Numbered from the stretch's first letter, positions 30,201-41,397 are shown. The stretch: 64,000 bases of DNA from Histomonas meleagridis 2922-C6/04-290x (GCA_020184695.1 JAANOX010000085.1:310001-374000), one strand, 5' to 3'. The notes: generated from the letters alone by a model not told the origin. Made by a program: numbers and translations.

Positions 30201-31232
30201 AGCCAGGATATTAAATACTTCAAATGAACGTAAAACTACATTCGAATATGGTGATGATAATGCTGAATTTAAACCTTTATCTAAAACTTCGTTTAGGCCT
30301 TCGTTGTAAAAAGTGGCAAACCGCTCCCATACAACCGATATGAGTTCACCGGTGACTTTGGCTAATTCCATCTTAGGATCAAGACAGAGGCTTAAAAGCG
30401 CAAGGTGGATGTCAGTTCGTAATATGGTGATAAAGGATTCACTTTCTAAAAAACGAGAATCAGACTTGAGAAATGATATATACAATTCTGATGCTAAAAG
30501 TTTTGTGGAAAGTGAATAACGATCAGTGGTAAGTATACGTGTGAATGATTTAAGTATAATTGCTATATCAACATCTGAAATTGTGGCAGTTTTGATGTTA
30601 GGAAGAAATTCTTGTATATATAGGGAATTTCGTGTAATAGTTTCTGTGATATATTTACTGATTGAATCATTGGTATTAAGTGTGGAAGGAATGACAAAAG
30701 GATGTAAATAATTTTGAACAACAAAATTTACTTCTGCTTTTATCATTTTTTCGATTTCTTTCTTTGTGGAACGTTGTTCAGAAATACTGTGTAATGAAGT
30801 TAAATAGAGGAAAGCTTGAGAAAGGATGTTCCCATGAATGAAAAGTTTTCCCATCTCTGAGTTAAAGATTTGCATTACAATTTTTGCCGCTTTTATCATA
30901 CCTTCATCACCTTGAAATTTCCTTACTTTAAAAATTGATGTTAATAACTTTTCTTGTATGCGGAATGGAATATATGTATTGGCTTGTAAACCTTTAATAA
31001 AACATGCTGAAAAGGTTTCTGCTAGAATTGATTGGTACTTTATTTGATCTACTTCTATTGCCTCTATAAAAGGATTTAAAAGAGCGTTTAAGTCTGGATT
31101 ATTTGGATTTGTCTTTATTTGTTTTTCTGCATTTGCAATAGATTCCTTCAAACTTTTTTTACCCCAACTTCCACATAGTCTTGCCAAAGCTTTTAGATTT
31201 TTTTGCAAGACATTGATGACTTCGGGCTCCAT
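27261..31232 (-). CDS. Large ARF guanine-nucleotide exchange factor (Sec7/BIG/GBF-type)
   Basis: HUS box YVNYDCD; Sec7 motif FQIPGESQMIDRIMEQF with the glutamic finger, plus YVLAFSTLMLHTDAH and NRGIDNGKDLP; HDS-like C-terminal helices; 1323 aa. Confidence 0.93.
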   Translation of the reverse strand: MEPEVINVLQKNLKALARLCGSWGKKSLKESIANAEKQIKTNPNNPDLNALLNPFIEAIEVDQIKYQSILAETFSACFIKGLQANTYIPFRIQEKLLTSIFKVRKFQGDEGMIKAAKIVMQIFNSEMGKLFIHGNILSQAFLYLTSLHSISEQRSTKKEIEKMIKAEVNFVVQNYLHPFVIPSTLNTNDSISKYITETITRNSLYIQEFLPNIKTATISDVDIAIILKSFTRILTTDRYSLSTKLLASELYISFLKSDSRFLESESFITILRTDIHLALLSLCLDPKMELAKVTGELISVVWERFATFYNEGLNEVLDKGLNSALSSPYSNVVLRSFEVFNILASNPQFLVDSYVNYDCDQSGFFKNIFENTANQIVQKAYPEQRTIELQKNGLKTLNGMLNYMWTYFNETMEQEEANKETEEAQIALESKKIKNELEQAQYVFKKSPMKGLKYFSDHQMCEDNAESYANFLFNTPSLDPSSVGEVIGGCKDINISILKSFVSKFDFKNMSFEQAFRTFLSKFQIPGESQMIDRIMEQFGTKFYNDNPKLFSCADTVYVLAFSTLMLHTDAHHPNVTKHMTLPEFIRNNRGIDNGKDLPESFLEELYKGITTHKINISNNSIPSYSLLNYEQRANLYQVQCKETLENARKRTSTELESHQFHRAKSHMLIGPMFQSIWGGVLASLTMSFEMSDDPEIIDYCLKGLQLCTHIASHAYVSEALETLVDSFAKFTRLQIHTSQLKEKNFLCTKALFHCANNDYLYLKGVWGIVMNQISALDKMNSNKNVIINLSFTDELFQIKSRLLNRELILDFVKAMCNVALSEIYEKPLRGTMLYYITVVAIANMNREMYIWKDIWSILGEFFVRIGSSNNQIIVMTSLKVMSNLALAFLEKEETSQMHYQQAFMQPFYDIFERQLESSSSLLVLDIISNIIKKLAPKLHSAWGLIFQILAGSATQSGELFRKGIELETMIVMDYLDYVVPFASHLFTLIQAFVAKDIKGKNRQLIGHFSIVASKLTVNDEESWCILLSTLCRCAKHPSNDIQKLSEDELNLIVLNHGCANDCFNDKVWHELFQENLSELFSATDNSSEHFLVLLSSFFEQIILPYSKKLKNYAVDILLFIQYCCNSFKDIQLKNTALKCLDSFVTENSEEFNNSTEIFNTTVTIAKGLINEMKESILYVEVISSLLKTFGEKREFSGKILDILNEISELYRNEKDKKNITMCWCCVRQHYFEFIIVHNEFNNEICDYICETFKIYNNFVECKTDEWNKLVEKCLLYVKKMDNETFARFLNQAMDELCIMIETESDSVRIQLVDVFKRKLEIH

Positions 31233-31591
31233 TATGCTTTAGAACGATGGAATATAAAATATTGAAATTTCAAGTTTTCTGGAAACGATAAGATGTTAAG
31301 TTTTGATTTTGGATAACATATAAATCATATTATGAGATAATTTAAGGTGTTTTATGCATGGCCTCAATTAAAACTAAAAGAGAAACTAATTAATTTTTTA
31401 ATATATGAAAAAGATTTGTAAAATCTGATTTAATTATTGATCAAGAATTATAAGAAAATACGAATACTTTTTAAAAAAATCAGAAATAAATCACATATTT
31501 ACTTTCGAATTTCAAATTTTTTGGATAAATTGGTTTTACTCGTTCCAAAAAAGCCGCCGATATTTCTGAATATTAAATTCACATAACCAGA

Positions 31592-34500
31592 ATGGAAAAA
31601 ATAAATAAAGATCTAAAAATATTAGAAGGGAAAAAATTACAAGAAAAAGCTGTTGAAGTTATTTCGCATATTTCATCCAATATGGATATTTCGATTCTTG
31701 ATGATTCATTAAATGTTGTAAAAATCTTCACACATATTTTCCCACTTACACAAAATCAAGATGTAAATATCCGTAATAAGGCAAAAGAGTTTGTATCTCA
31801 TTGGCTCAGCTTATATGAACTTACTCATAAACAAGAATTCTATTCAACAATTAAATCTTATCCAATAGGAATTCTTTACACTGTATTGCCTATCCTTTCA
31901 TATTCTATTCCTTCTTTACCTAGTTCTGATCAAGAAAAATGGAATGCTTTTTTCATTAGCGTTTTCAATGCAATTGATCTTAATGACTATGAACTTGTTT
32001 CTAATGAAGTCTGGCGTTATTTTTGTAAGATTAGTAACGAAAATCAAGTCCAAAAATTAATTTTAAAATTATGTAAATACATCAAATATGTTAATCCTAC
32101 CATAATTCTTTTACGAAAGAATTTTAAGTCATTTATTAATATTATTTTTACTCATAGCACCTTTGAATTTATTAATCAAGTACTATCAGTTATACGAAAT
32201 ATTGAAGGATCAGATATATTACCAATCATTGTACGAATTTCCGATTTCATATATCAAGAAAATGAAAACGTTGAACGTGCGATTCTACTTATTCCATTTT
32301 TATGTAATAAAGAAGTTACATTTGATGAGAAAACATCATTATTACCAATTTATTATTATCTTTTAGCATTATGTAAAGAAAGAGAAAATCATATTTTATT
32401 AGATGCACTTAATTCATTAACTCGAAGCTGTGAATTAAATGTTAAAGAATTAATTCCATTTCTTAAGTTTTCAAGTGAGAATGATATTCGCTTAAGATTA
32501 GCGTCGATACGAATTTTGTTTCGATTAATTGATGATGAAACGCAAAAAGAATTTGTTTTTAATACATTAAAAGTATTATCGAATGATAAGAACAGACAAA
32601 TTTTATGTTGTTTAATTGATTATACTGAAATATATTATGAAAAATTGATGAAAATTGATGAAGAATTTACATATAAATTAATTAATAAATTATTAATTCC
32701 GATTCCAATTGATAAAATTTCACCATTTTATGTCTTGAAATTAATAAATTCTTTAAATGATTTAAATAATCCAAAACTTTATGTTAATATAAAAGAAATT
32801 ATTTATAAATATTTACATTTAGAGAATATTTATAGTTTTGATTTCTTCTTAAAGGAATTAAAGAAACTTTTAAATAAATGTCCATTTGAATTAAATGTTT
32901 ATGATTTTGATTGGTTTAGTAGTAATGCTGAAATCGCATTAAACATCATAAATGATCCAAATATCATAATCGAATTAATTGAGTTTCATATATTATCTCC
33001 AAAACTATTTAAAATTGCGATTAATAATTTGAGAAGATTAAAATATGAAAAATGTTTTGATAAAGTAATTGGAACAATATTTACATTAACAAATGAATTA
33101 AACATTTCAAATAATAATTTATCATCGAATGTTTGGATAACTAAAAAAGATATTAGAAATTATATAAAAGTTTGTGATATAATTTCAGTATTATTTAATT
33201 ATATATCGGAATTATATGATAAGATTCAATTAACAAATGAAATTAAAGAAGAATTATTAAACGTTTTAATGAAATTAATAGAGCATATTCCAATTCCTTG
33301 TTTACGATTAATCAATTTAATTAAAGGAGATAAAGAATTCGTTGAAAATCAACTTAAAAATTTCGAAGATACAAATGAATTCGATGAATTTATTATTGAT
33401 TTTTATGGACCTGAAAAATGTGTAAAAGATTATTTACCCAAAATAAAATATCTTATTTCTACTAATTATGAAGTCGCTTCAAAAGTTTCGCCTTATATCA
33501 ATCAGCCATTTGATAAAATTCCGACATTTTTAGCATTTTCTAATGATGAAAAACATAACGAATGGATCAATGAATGTAAATTAAGCATACCGAAAAGATA
33601 TTGGATACAACCAATACATAAAACGATAGAAATAAAAACTAATAATTATCAATTTAATAAAAATATTAATGTAAAAGAAGGAATTAATGAATTATTTGAT
33701 GGAAAACTTTATACAATAATAAGTCATTTGTATTATTCAAACAAATCATTAAATATAAATGAAATTGAAGAATACATTTTAAAGAATTATAATAATGATA
33801 TTAAACTTATAATTGGATTTTTTTATTACGCATACAAAAATAATTATAAAACAAATCGAATTAATGAATGGTCCGAAGTATTATCATATGATAATACAAA
33901 TGTTTCTTTATATGCAATTTCATTATTTTTGTTAAGTATTAAGTCATGTGATTTAAGGAATTTAGCAAATCCTTTGTTAAAATTAATCGAATCTGTTTTA
34001 CAAAAGTTCGGATATTTCGAGTTTTCTATACAAAATATAGAGGATGCATACATAAAGCAAAAAGAGAAAATGAAAAAATTTTTTATATTTTCTGTTATTT
34101 CACTTGACATTTCAGTGTTTTCGGATAATTTTCTGATTCAATCCGAATTCATAGAACCTAATGAATTAATTAACACATACAAACAAAAAGATTCACCAAT
34201 ATCAATTTTATTATTGTGTAATTCGATTAGTCGGAAATATTTTAATAATGAAAATAATTATAATTTGTTATATAACTATTTAAGTTTTCCTTTAGGAAAT
34301 AATTTTGATTATTTATTATATCCACCAAAATATAAAATTGAACTTGAACCTAAAATTGAAATTGATGAAAGTTATGTAAATATTTTGATTAATTTAATTC
34401 AAGAAAGAAAACACTTTCAAAATTACATTTTTTCGATTTTATTACACTGTAAATTAAATAATGAACAAAATGAAAAATTAAAAAATATTATAAAAAATGA

Positions 34501-35209
34501 TCAAACAAAAATTTATAATTATTTAACCCCTTCATTGCTATTTAATGATTCATATTTACATGAAAATAATATTAATTATAATGAATTAATTTGTAAATTT
34601 TCGATTTTGCCGCCATCACAAAACAGAGCTTTCTATCGTTCGTTGTTTGTTGAGTTTATACCAAAAGTGTCGGACAAAATGATTAATGAAGTTATATGCG
34701 TTTCTAATTTTATGAATCCATTGTTTTCTTATAGAACATTTAATACTTTTAATGATGATGTATTTTCGAATATTTTGATGAGAAAATATAATGAAGTTAA
34801 TATTTTGGATGTTTTTGATATTGTAAGTTTTGAAGTTTTGGATTTATATAAATGTTTAATGAGTAATTTAAGATTTGATCAAAAGACAGAAATATCCGAA
34901 AAGATATTTTTGACTGCAATTTCGAAAGCTTCAAATGCATTTTTCGCATTAGAAGTTTATAAATTATTGATAAAATATAACTTTAATTTAGATGAAAAAT
35001 TAATGGATCAAAAAATTATCGAAAGTTCGAACTTTTTGATTTATTGTTTGCTTTGCGAATTGGAATCAAAGAAAAATGAAACAATCAAAGAAAAGATTTG
35101 CGAAAAGTTAAATAACGAAAAAGAAAAAGAATTTATAACAAAAATAGATTCATACCAAAAGTTCGCTGCATTAATCGAATATGACACCAACCAAGAAAAA
35201 ACTGAATGA
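31592..35209 (+). CDS. Large hypothetical protein with HEAT-like N-terminus
   Basis: 1205-aa uninterrupted ORF; HEAT-like motifs (QDVNIRNKAKEFV; ENDIRLRLASIRILF). Confidence 0.75.
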   Translation: MEKINKDLKILEGKKLQEKAVEVISHISSNMDISILDDSLNVVKIFTHIFPLTQNQDVNIRNKAKEFVSHWLSLYELTHKQEFYSTIKSYPIGILYTVLPILSYSIPSLPSSDQEKWNAFFISVFNAIDLNDYELVSNEVWRYFCKISNENQVQKLILKLCKYIKYVNPTIILLRKNFKSFINIIFTHSTFEFINQVLSVIRNIEGSDILPIIVRISDFIYQENENVERAILLIPFLCNKEVTFDEKTSLLPIYYYLLALCKERENHILLDALNSLTRSCELNVKELIPFLKFSSENDIRLRLASIRILFRLIDDETQKEFVFNTLKVLSNDKNRQILCCLIDYTEIYYEKLMKIDEEFTYKLINKLLIPIPIDKISPFYVLKLINSLNDLNNPKLYVNIKEIIYKYLHLENIYSFDFFLKELKKLLNKCPFELNVYDFDWFSSNAEIALNIINDPNIIIELIEFHILSPKLFKIAINNLRRLKYEKCFDKVIGTIFTLTNELNISNNNLSSNVWITKKDIRNYIKVCDIISVLFNYISELYDKIQLTNEIKEELLNVLMKLIEHIPIPCLRLINLIKGDKEFVENQLKNFEDTNEFDEFIIDFYGPEKCVKDYLPKIKYLISTNYEVASKVSPYINQPFDKIPTFLAFSNDEKHNEWINECKLSIPKRYWIQPIHKTIEIKTNNYQFNKNINVKEGINELFDGKLYTIISHLYYSNKSLNINEIEEYILKNYNNDIKLIIGFFYYAYKNNYKTNRINEWSEVLSYDNTNVSLYAISLFLLSIKSCDLRNLANPLLKLIESVLQKFGYFEFSIQNIEDAYIKQKEKMKKFFIFSVISLDISVFSDNFLIQSEFIEPNELINTYKQKDSPISILLLCNSISRKYFNNENNYNLLYNYLSFPLGNNFDYLLYPPKYKIELEPKIEIDESYVNILINLIQERKHFQNYIFSILLHCKLNNEQNEKLKNIIKNDQTKIYNYLTPSLLFNDSYLHENNINYNELICKFSILPPSQNRAFYRSLFVEFIPKVSDKMINEVICVSNFMNPLFSYRTFNTFNDDVFSNILMRKYNEVNILDVFDIVSFEVLDLYKCLMSNLRFDQKTEISEKIFLTAISKASNAFFALEVYKLLIKYNFNLDEKLMDQKIIESSNFLIYCLLCELESKKNETIKEKICEKLNNEKEKEFITKIDSYQKFAALIEYDTNQEKTE

Positions 35210-35457
35210 TTTAATAAAATTCGGAATTTTTGGAATTTTATTCATTTATTGAGAAACGTTTTCATATTATTCTGATATTTTAAACTGAAAATGCGATTAA
35301 ATTATCATAAATTTTACAGTTGTTAAATAGCCGATAGGGAAATTGAATATAAACGATTGTTTTCTATTCAATTCTTTAGTTGTTTTCCAAAATCTTTCAA
35401 GCAGAACATATTGTACATGTGAAAGGCATAAACAAATTATTTAGATATTTTTATTTA

Positions 35458-36609
35458 TTAATTCCAAACCTTTAACGACTCAAACTTTTCGACTACATCA
35501 TCTGTAATTTGTTCTCTGCCTTTCTTGTGATCGCTAACAAGCTTTTGCAGCACCTTGATGAGCCTCTCCTTCAGCTCTTGCGGCGTCATTCTCTCTTCTC
35601 CTTCCTTCAGTTCTCCTTTGCCATATCTTCTTTCTACCTCTGCCAAGTATTCATCATCGTCGTCGAATACGCTTAGGTATTGGTACACAACGTCTTCCTT
35701 CAGGTTGGCGCCTTCGGGTGTCCAATCAGTATGAGCGCATTCATTAATTTTGCGCGCGATTTCTTCGTCTGAATCTTGGATATAGATAGCAGAGTCGTTC
35801 TTGCTTGCAGTCATCTTTGCGCCACCGCCAAGTGCAGGTATGAATTTGCCATATATTGTTGAAACGCGTTTGGTCTTGAGCCTTTTGGCAATTTCTCGGG
35901 CATACCGGAAGTAAGGATCCTGTTCACGACCACATGGGATAAGACAATAGACATCATTTGGATGTGTAAATAATTTGACAAAATATTGGGCAAAGGCAGG
36001 TGCAATCTGTTTGGCTGGAAACACTACATAACCAACACTGTGCTCATCAACAAAGCCAAATAATGATTGAATGACATGAAGTGACATGCATCGGGACATT
36101 TCTGTTAAAAAGGGAACATTGATGTCGAAATATTTGCTCTCACGCATGATAAAGGTCTTCTCTGGATTAAAGCCTTGAGCTAGAATATCTCTGATGTTGG
36201 ATTCTGTATATTTTTGAATGGTATCCCATGATAAATCTTTGTCACGAATGAATTTCTCATCATCAGTAACTTGAACAATGAGAAAACAATCTAGTGCATC
36301 TTGAAGATATTTGTTAAAAATAAATGGAACGAGATGTCCAAGATGAAGAGCATCGCTTGAGGGACCACGTCCTGTATATAAGTAAATTGTTTTCCCTTGT
36401 TCCTTTGCATCAAGAATTTGTGTTAATTCTCGATGAGCAAAGAAAAGACCACGTCTCATAAATTTATGTGGTCTAACACCAGTAACTTTTTCCCAGCGTT
36501 GAAGAATTGCATCATCAAGTGCACCGCATCCAAATTCTTCAATAAGGCGTTCTTCTGTCATTTGAGCGGCTCCATCTGTTGCATCAGCAAGTTTGGTATT
36601 TGCAGCCAT
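35458..36609 (-). CDS. WARS: Tryptophanyl-tRNA synthetase (eukaryotic type, divergent)
   Basis: YLYTGRGPSSDALHLGH, QVTDDEK, FPAKQIAP, IPCGREQDPYFR, KMTAS. Confidence 0.88.
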   Translation of the reverse strand: MAANTKLADATDGAAQMTEERLIEEFGCGALDDAILQRWEKVTGVRPHKFMRRGLFFAHRELTQILDAKEQGKTIYLYTGRGPSSDALHLGHLVPFIFNKYLQDALDCFLIVQVTDDEKFIRDKDLSWDTIQKYTESNIRDILAQGFNPEKTFIMRESKYFDINVPFLTEMSRCMSLHVIQSLFGFVDEHSVGYVVFPAKQIAPAFAQYFVKLFTHPNDVYCLIPCGREQDPYFRYAREIAKRLKTKRVSTIYGKFIPALGGGAKMTASKNDSAIYIQDSDEEIARKINECAHTDWTPEGANLKEDVVYQYLSVFDDDDEYLAEVERRYGKGELKEGEERMTPQELKERLIKVLQKLVSDHKKGREQITDDVVEKFESLKVWN

Positions 36610-36928
36610 TAGCCAATGGCCACTTTTTCAATTCAAATTGAATTTTTCCCAAAATTTTACCTGTTCATCAAGGCAAATTTAACTCTGAAATTTAATAGAG
36701 GAGGGTTTTCTTGAAACTTATCCTTTTCATTATGCATTCAAACAATTAATGGAATTCTTCACATTGCACGTGTAATATTCATACATGAATCCTTCGACAT
36801 CAACGGTAATTTTGGGGTGGGCCCAAAACAGGACTTTTGGACATAACGATAGAAGTTTACAAAATGCCACTTTCTCACTTTTTGCGGGAATAACCGTGGG
36901 TGAAAAAAAGTTCTGAGGCATTATAAAA

Positions 36929-37470
36929 ATGATAAAAAGGGCTGCAAGGTTATTGTTTTGGGAATAGACGGGGTTGGTAAAACGTCATTAATAAGACGCC
37001 TCACCGAGGGATATTTTGAATACGGCTTTGCTTTTGCAATATTTGATTTTTACAATTATACTATTCAAATTGAAAATAAAAATGTTAAATTTAATATATG
37101 CGACTACCGAAACAGTTGCAGCCCGTACGGTAATATCAAAAGAATATTATCAAATTTGATAAAGGAAAATGATTTCTTCATCATTTGTTATGCAATTGAT
37201 AATCCTATCTCTTTCGAAAACGTTGAAGAATTTTATAACACAATAGTGTTAATAAAAGGTAAGCAAGCTCCAATTATCATATTGGGGAATAAATGTGATC
37301 TTGAAGAAAAACGAATTATCCTGCAAATCAAAGGAAAAGAATTAGCTGCAATCCTAGGTTGTAGTTTTTTTGAGACATCTGCCCTTTCTGACATAAATAT
37401 CAAAGAACCATTTATAGAATTTGCCAAGGACATCATGAAGCAAAAGAAGAAAAAGAAATTTTTTAATTAA
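36929..37470 (+). CDS. Divergent Ras-like small GTPase; start frameshifted (pseudogene or assembly indel)
   Basis: KVIVLGIDGVGKTS, GNKCD and ETSAL are present. G3 reads DYRN instead of DxxG and there is no CAAX. The only nearby ATG (36929) is out of frame by one base at an A5 run. Confidence 0.65.
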
Positions 37471-37794
37471 ATGAATGTTTTTTATTTTTTTATTTTTTTT
37501 TTTTTTTAAACTAATTTTTATGAATAGTGTGTGAATGAAATGTAACATTATAATAAAATGATTTACATATTTAAATTTTTGAGTTTGAAGCCAAAAGAAC
37601 TAAACCCAAATTAAACTATGATTATTTTAATGATTTGTTTTCAAATAAAAATTAAAATTGAAACATCTCTTAATCTGTGGAATTGACTTAATACTAATTG
37701 TGGATAACTATTCACATGATTTATTGCAACAATTATTAAAAATTAGAAAGCAAAATTATTATATTGAGGAATCTAATTTTTGTTCTTTGAGATT

Positions 37795-39308
37795 TGTTCT
37801 AACCCGATTTGGTCTCCAAATAAACGGTCGCTAATGTAAAGCAATCAAAAAGTTGTTGGTTCTATTTAATAACTATACATAAAAACTGTCATGAAAGTGC
37901 ATAATTTCTAGAATTTTGATTTACCAAGGTAATAAAAATATTATTCATGAATTTTCTGTATCAATTTAATATTGTAATACTTCATTAATATTATTTAATT
38001 TTAAATTCTTTACTCACTTTCTATGTATGGAGAGAGGTCCTTATAAGCAACGAATCTATACATTCGAACAAATATTAGAATTCGAATGAAGAATAAAAGA
38101 ACACAAGCAAACAATCAAAGGGCTGATGAAGGAAGAAAAAATAGGAATCAAGCGCCTTAAAAAAGAATTTGCTCTTGCTCAAGTTCCATTTCCAGAGATC
38201 CAACGGGGAAGAAAGCCATCAGAGATCACACAGGATGAAATAGATGCAGTCATTGAGTATCGAAAAAAGTTCGCTGTGGGCTATCAAAAATGCGCTTTTG
38301 CATTGAAGAAGAATATTGCAACGATATCAGCTCGAAAGTGTGCCTCGATATATGAATCGGAGGGTCTTTTTCTATATGAGCATGAATATATAGAAAAGGA
38401 TGAAGAAAGAATTAGATATGTTGCAAAAATGGTGGGCCAAATTTGGCACACGAATCTGCATTAAATCGATGATCTCATCATTAAGCAAGAAAATGGGAGC
38501 GAAGTACGAAGCGAACAGTACATTGTTGCATTTCTTGATGATAGATTCCGCTTTATCATTCATGCAACCATTGTGTTAAACAAAGAAAGCTCAACAATTG
38601 CTCAACAATTAGAGATTGCACTCACAAAGGCCTCAGCTCCTGCTCGGATTGTTATCGACAATGGAGGGGAGTTTGTTGGTAAACCCTTCCAAGCTATTCT
38701 TTCACACAATGGGATAAAAGATTGGCGAACTGCACCATACACACCACAACAAAATGGGAAAATGGAAAGGTGGTGGGAAACATATGAAAGATCAAAAGGT
38801 GCATCCGATCTTCAAACTGTCATCCATGAATATAACTTTGCATGGAGACACCACGGTCTCCATGAAATGACATGAAAGTGGATGACATGAAAGTGGATGA
38901 CACCATCAGACATGTGGCTTAGTGAACCTCATTGGTCACCTGGATGCCCTGACGGAGTTGAATTCGTCAAAAAGATATCTGCTAAATGAAAATTTAGCAT
39001 TATTTTTTCTGAATGAGGTGTTTAGATTCTTTACCAAGCTTTGCCATACAAAGCTTGGTGATCGATGGAGATAATCGATCGACTGATCGATTGATCAACA
39101 TCAACCGACCCACCTGTTTTGTATTCTGTTGCAGTTGAAATTGCGTTATCACCAGTATGGTCTGGCCACAACCGTCCCAATTAGCACAAAAACATTGCAC
39201 ACAAACACCGATCAATAACCGACCAATCGAATAGATAACAATCAAAACCGTTAATTTTTCCATTACGATAAAGGACCGTTTATTTGGAGACCAAATCGGG
39301 TTACTACA
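37795..39308 (+). mobile_element. IS481EU-like transposon (rve/IS481-type integrase) with TGT...ACA ends, 35-bp TIRs and a 15-bp TSD
   Basis: TIR TGTTCTAACCCGATTTGGTCTCCAAATAAACGGTC vs TGTAGTAACCCGATTTGGTCTCCAAATAAACGGTC (2 mismatches). Identical flanking 15-mer TTGTTCTTTGAGATT at 37780-37794 and 39309-39323. Confidence 0.9.
38027..38989 (+). pseudogene. Integrase-core (rve) transposase with in-frame stops
   Basis: One frame from ATG 38027 (after a TCACTT initiator). Motifs QIWHTNLH (Asp to Asn), YIVAFLDD, IDNGGEF, PQQNGKMERWW, EYN. Stops at 38087, 38462, 38873 and 38888; 15-bp tandem duplication ATGACATGAAAGTGG. Confidence 0.87.
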
Positions 39309-39366
39309 TTGTTCTTTGAGATTAACCTCCAAATTTATCATTGAAACCGTTTTTCAGGTTTGTTCG

Positions 39367-41397
39367 ATGAGTATTTCGGCTAAACGGTTTTTGCAGGAAA
39401 ATTCTAAACATTTTTACTACTTTGTTTAATTTTAGCTGTTTTATTGCTTATTTTATGCGAATATTCAACATCAATATCTCGTTTAAGGGATGGTGAAATA
39501 TACACTAGAGGCAATTTTAATCCTTTCATGAAATTATCAATTCCACAATATGGGCCATACACAAATAATCCGAGTTTCATATATAAGTCTTTATCCAAGT
39601 CAATGTGTATTCGAAGAACCAGGTTTAGTTTCGAGTTTGCACGTCTTTTTGATAAACATTTGGATAATAGTCAACTTTCAAAATCGAATATATTAATATT
39701 TGGAGGCATGACATCTGTTGGTTCATCACTTAAACGATTATTTCATAAATTTAATATATCTTTTGTTTCTGTTAATGGTATTAATGAAATTGATTTTTCT
39801 ACACCTGATTCATATAAAGTTTTAAATACAGTTCGTATAGCGAAAGCGATCATAGCCTATCAACCTCCATTAGTACGTCATACATATTCAGATGGTTATA
39901 ATTATACGGTAAATATATCGACAAAATATATTTCAGGATTATCAAAATATTTCAAAAAAAAAACGAATTCCATTTACTTTTGTTGCGACACAACCTATTT
40001 ATAACGAGACAGATATTGTAATTAAAAATGGCGGCAATGTCATTGAAATTCCATATTTAATTGATTCTAAAGCAGTAAAAGATCTTGAAAATCCGACAAT
40101 GCGAGCAGTTCGTGAATGTTTAAAAGTCAATTATACAAACGTTGAATATTTGCCATTTCTTAAATATGAAAGTATTACTTCCGATGAAGTTGCTAAATTC
40201 GTAATGAATGTCTTCAATCCGAAAGGACATATTTTACTTAAAGGTCATTCTACTATTGATATTGAAAGTGCAGTTAAAATCGCACTTAAGTCAGCTAACA
40301 TTTCGAAATGTTCCGTTCATTTCCATAACTATTCACATAAAGTAAGTTATAACTCAAAATATAATTTCAAGAAATTTATAGGTCAAAAAGATACTGATGT
40401 AAAAACACTTATTGCAGATGCATATAAAGGTTTCAAATTAAAACAAAATCCAGACAAAAAATATTACGCATCAATTGTTCTCACAGGTCGTAATGATGGT
40501 TATGGTATTGGGTTTGAAAATCGTGCGCAAAACTTTCTTAAAGCTATTGATTATGCACTTAAAGTTGTTCCACTTGCAGATGTCGAAATTGTCCTTGTCG
40601 ATTATGCGACGCCTGTTAAGAACAAGTTATTATCAGAGGTGTTAAAGGTTCCATCCGGTTTACATGATAAGATTCGATTTATAGTTGTTCCACCATCAGT
40701 TCATACTATGTTAGAAGAACGCTATCAAACGAAATATGATTTTCTTGAATATGTTGCGAAAAACATTGGAATCCGTCGCTTGTTTGGTAAGTTTATCTTG
40801 ACGACGAATGCTGATTGTTTATTCCCAACTGAATTCTTCGAGTTAATTGCAGCTCATCAATTTAATTCGGCTGTAGTTTATAGAGGAAATCGTTGGGATT
40901 TAAAGCCGGATACATTAAAGACACATAATATTACTATGGATAACCTCATAAAGATTATATCCGAAACATGGACAGTTAGTAATATGGATATAGTCCAATG
41001 GTGTACTGACTTCGATTATAGATTCGCCGTAATCGATTCATGTCGTGAATATAAACGTAAAGCGGCTTCATGCGCACCTGGAGACTTCCAAATGTTGTCG
41101 AAATATATGTGGGAGGCAGTACAGGGATTTAATGAAGTCCCAGCAAACCCCGCAACAGATTCTGTGTTCATCGCAAGAATGATGAAATTAATGCCAGGCT
41201 ATATGCCAATGTTCGTACACCCATTGTTCTTACATCAATATCATAATCAGTCGTACGGAAAAAGAAAAATATTTCCAAAAGAAAAGCCCGCAAAAAATGA
41301 TTATTGCTGTATCGGAAATTGTATTTCTTGCGCACCGTTTTATGATCGTAATGATTGGGGACTTATTAATTATACATTTAGAGAAATAATGTTTTGA
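39367..41397 (+). CDS. Type II membrane GT-A (GT2-like) glycosyltransferase, split by two single-base indels in A runs
   Basis: ATG 39367 (MSISAKRFLQENSK) joins a hydrophobic anchor (TFLLLCLILAVLLLILC) if one A is added at 39406-39408. ORF 39444-40004 joins 40099-41397 if one A is removed from A10 at 39954-39963. Motifs SIVLTGRND, EIVLVDY, EYVAKNIGIRR, TTNAD, GDFQML. Confidence 0.65.
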
